DNA of 64,000 nucleotides from Puniceicoccales bacterium (GTDB lineage Bacteria; Verrucomicrobiota; Verrucomicrobiia; Opitutales; JAIRLG01): NCBI GenBank assembly GCA_031288595.1, contig JAITRB010000003.1, positions 27,861 to 91,860 of the forward strand, read 5' to 3'. Shown piece by piece: positions 61,316 to 64,000 of this stretch (position 1 is its first letter; each line of letters starts with the position of its first letter). The notes under the pieces were generated by a model. It saw only the letters and a program-made list of their open reading frames with translations, ran no database searches and was not told where the DNA came from. The position numbers and the translations under genes were made by a program.

Positions 61316-62296
61316 ATGTCTTCGTCGCTGGAGCAGCTGAAGCGCTGGAGTGTCGTCGTCGCGGACACGGGTGACTTCGGGCAGCTGCGGCGGTTTCGGC
61401 CATCGGAGGCCACGACGAACCCGAGTCTCATCCTTCGGGCCTCTCAGCAGGAATCATGCCGAGATTTCTGCCGATCCGTGACAAAAAATGCGCGCCATGT
61501 CGGGGAGGCCATGTTCCAGCTGCTCCTCCATTTCGGCCTGGAAATCCTAAAGATCATCCCGGGACGGGTCTCGCTCGAAGTCGATGCTCGCCTCTCCTTC
61601 GATTCTGAACGGATCATCACCTATGCACGGGAGCTGGCGAGCGCTTTGGCCAAACAGGGGATGGGGCGCGAGCGAATTCTGATCAAGATCGCGGCCACCT
61701 GTGAGGGAATTCAGGCGGCCCGAGAGCTGGAAAAAGAGGGAATCCATACAAATCTCACCCTGATTTTTTCGCTTGTCCAGGCCATCGCCTGCGCTGAGGC
61801 CCGGGTAGGCCTGGTTTCCCCCTTCGTCGGGAGGATTTGGGATTGGTATCAAAAGCATCCAGAGGCGAATCACGAAGGCGAATCGGACCCCGGCGTCCTG
61901 TCCGTAAGGCGTATTTTTTATCACTACAAGCGGCGGGGATATGAGACCCAAATCATGGCGGCCAGCTTTCGCCATATTGAGGAAATCCTCGCATTGGCCG
62001 GTTGCGATCTGCTGACCATCAGCCCCACATTTCTTGCAGAGCTGCAGGAAAGCCAAAGGGAGGTGCCCCGAAGACTGTTCATCCCTGAAATGAGCGGTGA
62101 GCCGGAAGAAAACGGGAATCTCTCGGGCCTAGGTGCGGCTGAATTTCAGCTACAGCTGACGAAAGACGCCATGGCCTGCGAGAAACTCCACGAAGGCATC
62201 CGGCAGTTCTGTCGCGATACAGATACCTTGGAAGAGCTGATTCAGAGGGATTGGCAAAACCCCAGCATTGAATCTGGAGAGAATTTAAAAACATGA
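61316..62296 (+). CDS. tal: Transaldolase
   Basis: VVADTGDFGQLRRFRPSEATTNPSLIL, ILIKIAATCEGI and SPFVGRIWDW are present. Confidence 0.9.
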   Translation: MSSSLEQLKRWSVVVADTGDFGQLRRFRPSEATTNPSLILRASQQESCRDFCRSVTKNARHVGEAMFQLLLHFGLEILKIIPGRVSLEVDARLSFDSERIITYARELASALAKQGMGRERILIKIAATCEGIQAARELEKEGIHTNLTLIFSLVQAIACAEARVGLVSPFVGRIWDWYQKHPEANHEGESDPGVLSVRRIFYHYKRRGYETQIMAASFRHIEEILALAGCDLLTISPTFLAELQESQREVPRRLFIPEMSGEPEENGNLSGLGAAEFQLQLTKDAMACEKLHEGIRQFCRDTDTLEELIQRDWQNPSIESGENLKT

Positions 62297-62323
62297 GTGA
62301 GATTCAGGACGCGGGCGGTCCTT

Positions 62324-62406
62324 CTCGCTGCCTTTGGATTCCGGAGGAATCGCCCATGTCATGGGCACCTCATGCCGAATTTTCGGCATGAGGTAAAGGC
62401 AGCGAG
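62324..62406 (-). repeat. Cloverleaf palindromic repeat CLR-A, copy A13 (inverted order, shortest)
   Basis: Outer stem ctcgctgccttt/aaaggcagcgag. H3 is gattcc-gga-ggaatc. H2 is the variant gcccat-gtc-atgggc. H1 is cctcatgccgaa-tt-ttcggcatgagg. Confidence 0.85.
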
Positions 62407-62455
62407 CGAGCGGAAGCGCTATTGACCTTTTTGCCCGAACGGAGACAACGGAAAC

Positions 62456-63448
62456 ATGGAAGACGAGCATTTCGAGGATGTGGAGGCATTTTTTAATGCC
62501 TGCCAACAGCTGAGGGGCAAAAGGGTGGGGATTGTGGGCCATACCCAAATCGATGGCGATGCAGCGGGCTCCCAAATCGCTCTCTTTGAAATTTTGAAAA
62601 ACATGGCCAGCATGCCCTTTCTCATCGAGCCGGAGACGGGCATACCGGATAACCTGAAATTTCTCTACGAGGGATACGAGCTCCACCGTCCTTCGGATCC
62701 GTCGGTGGAGGAGTGGTGCGTCGTGGACTGCGGCACGCCGAATCGCCCGGGGAAATTTTTCGAGGCCCTCCATCCCTTTCTGCTGATCGACCATCATCTT
62801 CCCCCAGCCACCTTTGCCCTCCATAACTTCGTCCATCCCAGAGCCGCGGCCACCTGCGAGATTTTGGCCGACTATCTCTATCAGAAAAATTTTCCCATTC
62901 CTCGTTCCGCTGCCAGGGCCCTCTACGTCGGGCTCATCATGGACACGGGCAACTACACCTATGACTCCGTTCGGGCATCGACTCTGCGCCTGGGTGCTTA
63001 CCTTCTGGACCAGGGTCTTCGGCCTCAGCCTCTGGCTACTCTGGTCTACAATCAGGAGCCACGCCGGAAATTTTCCCTGTTGGAGCGCTTTTTAAAATCC
63101 TGGAAATTCTATGCCGATGAACAGCTCTGTTTCGGCTTTTTACAGGATCAGGATTATCGAAATACCGGCTGCACTCTGGAGGATGCCCAGGGATTTGTCG
63201 ATTATCCTCGTTCCGTTTGCGGTGTACGCATCTCCGGATTGCTGCAGGAATACGAAGGGATCTGTAAAATCAGCCTGCGCTCGCACGAGCCCGCGCTACG
63301 CCTCGACCAAATCGCCCAGCGCTTTCAGGGCGGAGGACATACCTGTGCCGCGGGATTTTTAACGACCGCTGCGCCTAGCAGCTTCTGGGATGAGCTGATG
63401 AACGCCTTGCAAGAGCGGCTGAAAGCAGTCGAAGGACCCTCCCTATGA
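62456..63448 (+). CDS. nrnA: DHH/DHHA1 phosphoesterase (NrnA-like oligoribonuclease/pAp phosphatase)
   Basis: GHTQIDGDAAGS, LLIDHH, GLIMDTGNY and GGGHTCAAG are present. Confidence 0.8.
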   Translation: MEDEHFEDVEAFFNACQQLRGKRVGIVGHTQIDGDAAGSQIALFEILKNMASMPFLIEPETGIPDNLKFLYEGYELHRPSDPSVEEWCVVDCGTPNRPGKFFEALHPFLLIDHHLPPATFALHNFVHPRAAATCEILADYLYQKNFPIPRSAARALYVGLIMDTGNYTYDSVRASTLRLGAYLLDQGLRPQPLATLVYNQEPRRKFSLLERFLKSWKFYADEQLCFGFLQDQDYRNTGCTLEDAQGFVDYPRSVCGVRISGLLQEYEGICKISLRSHEPALRLDQIAQRFQGGGHTCAAGFLTTAAPSSFWDELMNALQERLKAVEGPSL

Positions 63449-64000
63449 GGGACAGAGGCAATCCGGATAACTGGGAGGGCATCTTGCTCCTCCAGAAACC
63501 GGTCGGCCTCACATCTCACGATGTGGTGGCTCGCTTAAGGCGATGCTTGGGCATTCGGAAAATCGGTCATGCCGGTACCCTGGATCCCATGGCTTCCGGC
63601 TTGCTGATAATTCTGGTCGGACGGGCTACGAAGGCCTCGGCCTATTTTTCCAGCAAGGACAAGGTTTATGAGGGAATTTTTCGTCTGGGTGTGACGACGG
63701 AGACTCAGGATTCCGACGGTCAGGTACTGGAGGCGAAGGAAATCCCAAAGTTTTCAACAGAGGAGCTGCGGGCAGCCCTAGCGGTCTTCGGGGGAGATCA
63801 GTACCAGCTGCCCCCCATGTATTCGGCAAAAAAAATTCACGGGAAACCGCTCTATAAGATGGCCAGAAAAGGTCTGGAGATCGAGCGAGAGCCGCGTTTC
63901 ATCCACGTATATATCTTCGACCTAGTCTCCTATGATCCTCCAGAGCTGAGCTTTCGCCTAAAATGTTCCAAGGGCACCTATGTCCGTACCTTGGCCCATG
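63445..64000 (+). CDS. truB: tRNA pseudouridine-55 synthase, N-terminal part (3' end beyond the window)
   Basis: My own translation is MRDRGNPDNWEGILLLQKPVGLTSHDVVARLRR..IGHAGTLDPMASGLLIILVGRATK...PPMYSAKK. The ATG overlaps the nrnA stop (ATGA). It is absent from the track because no stop lies in the window. Confidence 0.9.
   Translation, partial: MRDRGNPDNWEGILLLQKPVGLTSHDVVARLRRCLGIRKIGHAGTLDPMASGLLIILVGRATKASAYFSSKDKVYEGIFRLGVTTETQDSDGQVLEAKEIPKFSTEELRAALAVFGGDQYQLPPMYSAKKIHGKPLYKMARKGLEIEREPRFIHVYIFDLVSYDPPELSFRLKCSKGTYVRTLAH

Overview
This is a 64-kb chromosomal window from a high-GC, LPS-making (diderm) bacterium. The gene content includes LL-DAP aminotransferase DapL, PPi-type PFK, fused LpxC-FabZ, FabV, sigma-54 with an NtrC-type activator, injectisome sctQ/sctR and a giant GspK-like protein. 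From this I guess a PVC-superphylum or Verrucomicrobia-like organism, but that is inference only. There are about 60 protein genes. They are very tightly packed, with several 4-bp ATGA overlaps and three convergent pairs sharing a CTAG stop/stop overlap. Almost all are housekeeping: pgi, rpsU, prmC, sufU, dnaA, lpxC-fabZ, lpxA, pfp, SulP, tkt, pgk, ruvX, ligA, rpiB, rarA, waaA, hldA, fabV, rpoN, murF, fmt, serS, rmuC, lpxD, tsaD, rpmB, dapL, folC, accD, metG, trxA, tal, nrnA and truB. There are four tRNAs (Ser-GGA, Cys-GCA, Pro-UGG, Arg-CCG). I saw no rRNA, CRISPR, IS element, transposase, integrase or prophage. The outstanding non-genic signal is a set of 17 intergenic repeats of 83-108 nt. 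On paper each folds into a cloverleaf (four-way junction): an outer stem enclosing three hairpins with mostly 3-4-nt loops. Thirteen form one diverged family (CLR-A), three a second family (CLR-B) and one is a singleton (CLR-C). They carry paired (compensatory-looking) substitutions, occur in both orientations, create spurious ORFs and N-terminal extensions, and in one case supply the C-terminal codons and stop of rarA. Other points worth a second look:
- a sigma-54 activator whose receiver has Glu in place of the phospho-acceptor Asp;
- an isolated split-sctQ/sctR injectisome fragment that ends at a repeat and a tRNA;
- AccD lacking all four zinc-ribbon cysteines;
- two minus-strand frames interrupted by in-frame stops (TGA, TAG) in an AT-richer, poorly coding stretch at 47.2-48.6 kb;
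- two AT-rich ORFan genes.
All coordinates of RNA genes, repeats and revised starts were derived by hand and may be off by 1-2 nt.
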